This document shows, one piece after another, positions 61,089 through 64,000 of a stretch of 64,000 nucleotides of DNA. The position numbers were made by a program, and so were the translations under genes. Each line of letters begins with the position of its first letter. The stretch's first letter is position 1. The notes beneath the pieces are model-generated. The model searched no databases. It had not been told where the DNA came from and was given only the letters and a program-made list of their open reading frames with translations. Source of the DNA: Phaeosaccion multiseriatum (taxonomy: Eukaryota; Protista; Ochrophyta, other classes). The stretch covers positions 1,426,001 through 1,490,000 of the forward strand of contig OZ218964.1 of NCBI GenBank assembly GCA_965112735.1. The letters run 5' to 3'.

Positions 61089-62190
61089 ATGTCTTCCTCT
61101 CCGCGGAGCGCTGCTGCAGGCACTGCTGCGGGAGAGACAAGAAGCCAGAAAGAGCAAGACCTCAGCATCTTCCTCGACCTGCTGAAGCAGAAGGAGACCT
61201 CGCTACCTGTGGTGAGTAGGGGCGCGTTCGAAGAGGGGATCTTTTGTCTCGGATCTTCACCTGGCCCGACAGTGGATTAATACTCGTGAGAGGGAAGATG
61301 ACTTTCCAAATCGTACCCTCATCATCCTATGGAATGGTGTCTTTTGCGCGTTGCCACCATTTTGCTACTCCACCTCCCCTCTCCATGTACTTGCTCTTAC
61401 CCTAACTGCCTTGTCCACCCCTCGTTCCTTCTTCGTCGCCCCTTCTCCATCCGCAGGCCGCCATCACCGTCTTGATTGCGGCCATCAAGCGGAGCACAGC
61501 GACCACAATGATGGGGCTGCAGCAGGAGCTACGAGACGTGGAGCACACACTGCTGGAGTTCGTTGCCGATCGATCTCACGTGCGTGAGTAGAACACAAGG
61601 CAAACGTGAAACCTGGCTACCACTTGGCGCGACGTGTGTCTCTCCGTCTGACTTTTGCTTTCGCCGTGCCTTCCCCTCTGAGTAGTAACCTACAAATCTA
61701 CCTAACTAACTGCCTGCTTCCCTACGTACTTCCCTACCTCAGATGCTGCACGACAAGACCACCATCTCTCTCTCCTCCGGCTGCGAGCTCTTCTTGCGCT
61801 ACGTCACACGCTGCTCGCTCGACATTCCGGAGTTCGACGCCTGCAAGCAGCTCATTTTCGAGAGGGGAAAGCAGTTCCAGGAGACTTCGGTGAGGAGCCG
61901 GCAGAAAATCGCGCAGAGCAGCCACAGTTTCGTCCGCGACGGGGCGGTGGTCATGACGTACAGCTGGAGCAGGGTGGTGGAGGCGCTGCTGCTAGAGGCC
62001 TCCAAGACTAAGCACTTTTCGGTCATTATCCCAGAAGGTAGGTAGGGAGGGAGGGATGGAGGGATGGAGGAGAACGGAGGAGGGGTGAGAGGATGGATGT
62101 GGTCGTTATTATACCAGCACCCGGCCTTGTTGTAGCCATCCTCGCTCTGAGGCAATCCCTTCCACCACCTGCTGCCCCTGCCCCTGCCGC

Positions 62191-62244
<54 letters not shown>

Positions 62245-63397
62245 TCCTCCTCCTGCTCCTCCTCCTCCTCCTGCTCCTCCTCCTCCTCCTGCTCCTCACC
62301 CTCCTCCTCACCCTCCTCCTCCTCCTCCTCCTCCTCCTCCTCCTCCTCCTCCTCCTCCTCCTCCTCATATTCAAACCCCCATCCATCATGAATTGCAGGT
62401 GGGGGGGAGGGCGTGGCTGCTGCCAAGGCGCTGGCCGCGACGGGCATTCCAGGTGCGTTCTTTCTTCGGGTGACAGAGCACAGAGGACCGAGGACAATAG
62501 AGGGGTTAAGGTGGACAGGCTTGGTAGCTGCAACCTATCCGATTCACCGCGGCTGCCGCTGACGCCTGACCACCCGCCCCCCGCCTCCTCTCCCCCTTTC
62601 TCCCCTTCCCTTCTCGCCCCCCTCCTTCCCTTCCCTTCCCTTCCTCTCCCTCCTCTCCCAGTGTCTGTGATTCTCGACACTTCCGTGGCCTTTCATATGG
62701 CACAGGCCGACATTTGCATTGTGGGGGCCGAGGGGGTGGTGGAGAACGGGGGCATCGTCAATAAGGTGCGTGCGTGCGTGTTATCGCTACGAGAGCTCTC
62801 CCTCTCCCTGTCTCGTTTGGTTCAGTGGGGCAGCCCCCCTCTCTCTCACGTTACCTGGTAGCATTTCTAGCATGTGGGGTGGGAGCAGAAAGACACGAGA
62901 AAGCCCATCCGAAAGGCACGAGAAAGCCCACCCCCCCTCCTCCAAAGCTTCTGCATGACATGGAGGAGAGAGAGAGCCCTCAGTCCTCCACTCACTCCTC
63001 CTCTTCTGCCCACGTCCTGAGGCTTGCATCCCCCCCCCCCCTCTCCACCCCTCTATGCCCCCACCCCCCGGCCTCTCCCTCCTAACCCTCCTCCCTCTTC
63101 GAACAGATTGGAACTTACCAACTCGCTATCGTGGCCAAGGCGCTATCCAAGCCTTTTTACGTGGCGGCCGAGAGCTACAAGTTCGCTCGCCTCTACCCGC
63201 TGTCGCAGAGAGACCTGCCCTTTAGTCGCAACCCCGGGACTGAGCTGGAGGAGGAGCTGAGCAAGATTGCCAACATCTCGGTGGAGAACCCCGCCGTGGA
63301 CTACACACCAGCGGAGTACATTTCGCTGCTCTTCACGGACCTGGGCGTGCTCACTCCTTCCGCGGTTTCGGATGAGCTCATTCGGCTGTACCAATAG
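61089..63397 (+). CDS. EIF2B1: Translation initiation factor eIF2B alpha subunit (multi-exon)
   Basis: [46 protein letters not shown]|[50 protein letters not shown]. Confidence 0.96.
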
Positions 63398-64000
63398 CAC
63401 GAGAGTGCAGTGCCTGGGCCTGGGCCGGCCGTGTTGTACACGTGTTGGTTGTACCTGGGGCAGAGTAGACCCCTCACACGCTATTGAGCAATCACCCCCC
63501 CCCCCCCCCTTGTTGGCATATGGGCAGGGCAGGGCAGGGGCTCGGTCGGCGTCAACTGGCGCGTTCTCGCCACTAGCCCAGCGACAAAAAGTACCGTGTC
63601 AAGGGTCGAGGGTCGAGGGTCGAGGGTTGAGCAGCAAAGAATCGGGAGTCAGCCGCCAAAGAATCGGGAGCCGGTTTGTCGGTTGTGTGCGCGAAGAGCG
63701 GCGAGCGGCGAGCGAAGAGCGAAGAGCGAAGAGCCGAAGGGCGGTACCGAAGGCCGTAGGGCAACCGTAAGTAGGGCGTTATGAGTTGTTGTGCGGAATT
63801 ACCGCAATGTACGCACTTAATCAGTAAGTAAGTTTGGGGGAAACGGCCCCGTTCCTCTTCCTCTTCGGGCACCGAAGGACCGAAGGCTTCCCTATTCTCC
63901 CTTTCGACCCGATCGGTGTTTCACAGTGATTTTTAGAGCGGTTTCCAAACTGCTGAGGGGGTTTGGCTTGGCCCGTCAGACCCGTGAAACGAATCTTGAA

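Overview
Gene-dense, GC-rich, intron-rich nuclear DNA from a plastid-bearing stramenopile (ochrophyte). The evidence is a mitochondrial TPI-GAPDH fusion, signal-peptide + 'xAF' plastid presequences and a CCB2/4 gene. About 16 protein-coding genes, hand-spliced at GT-AG introns: PPR-SMR (-), SH3-RhoGEF-PH-PH (-), ATG7 (+), TPI-GAPDH (+), small plastid membrane protein (+), CCB2/4 (-), PH/coiled-coil (+), arsenite methyltransferase (-), chromo-barrel OTU deubiquitinase (-), DGAT2 (-), EF-hand/LRR/UBL giant (+), GSK3 (-), hypothetical (-), thioredoxin/Zn-finger (+), amino-acid transporter (-), eIF2B-alpha (+). No rRNA, tRNA, CRISPR array or transposase was seen. Most interesting: (1) an intronless PPR-SMR gene with a TALE/PRDM9-like array of 20 near-identical 105-bp repeats whose variation includes the RNA-code positions; (2) a dispersed TTGGTGRTAC core in CAG runs, on both strands, in exons and introns; (3) introns with G-rich/GT 5' ends and complementary C-rich/CA 3' ends; (4) an apparently circularly permuted plastid thioredoxin fused to a DnaJ-type zinc finger; (5) a duplicated in-frame CC-UGA tail on the arsenite methyltransferase. 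Exon boundaries were read by eye and some 5' ends are uncertain.
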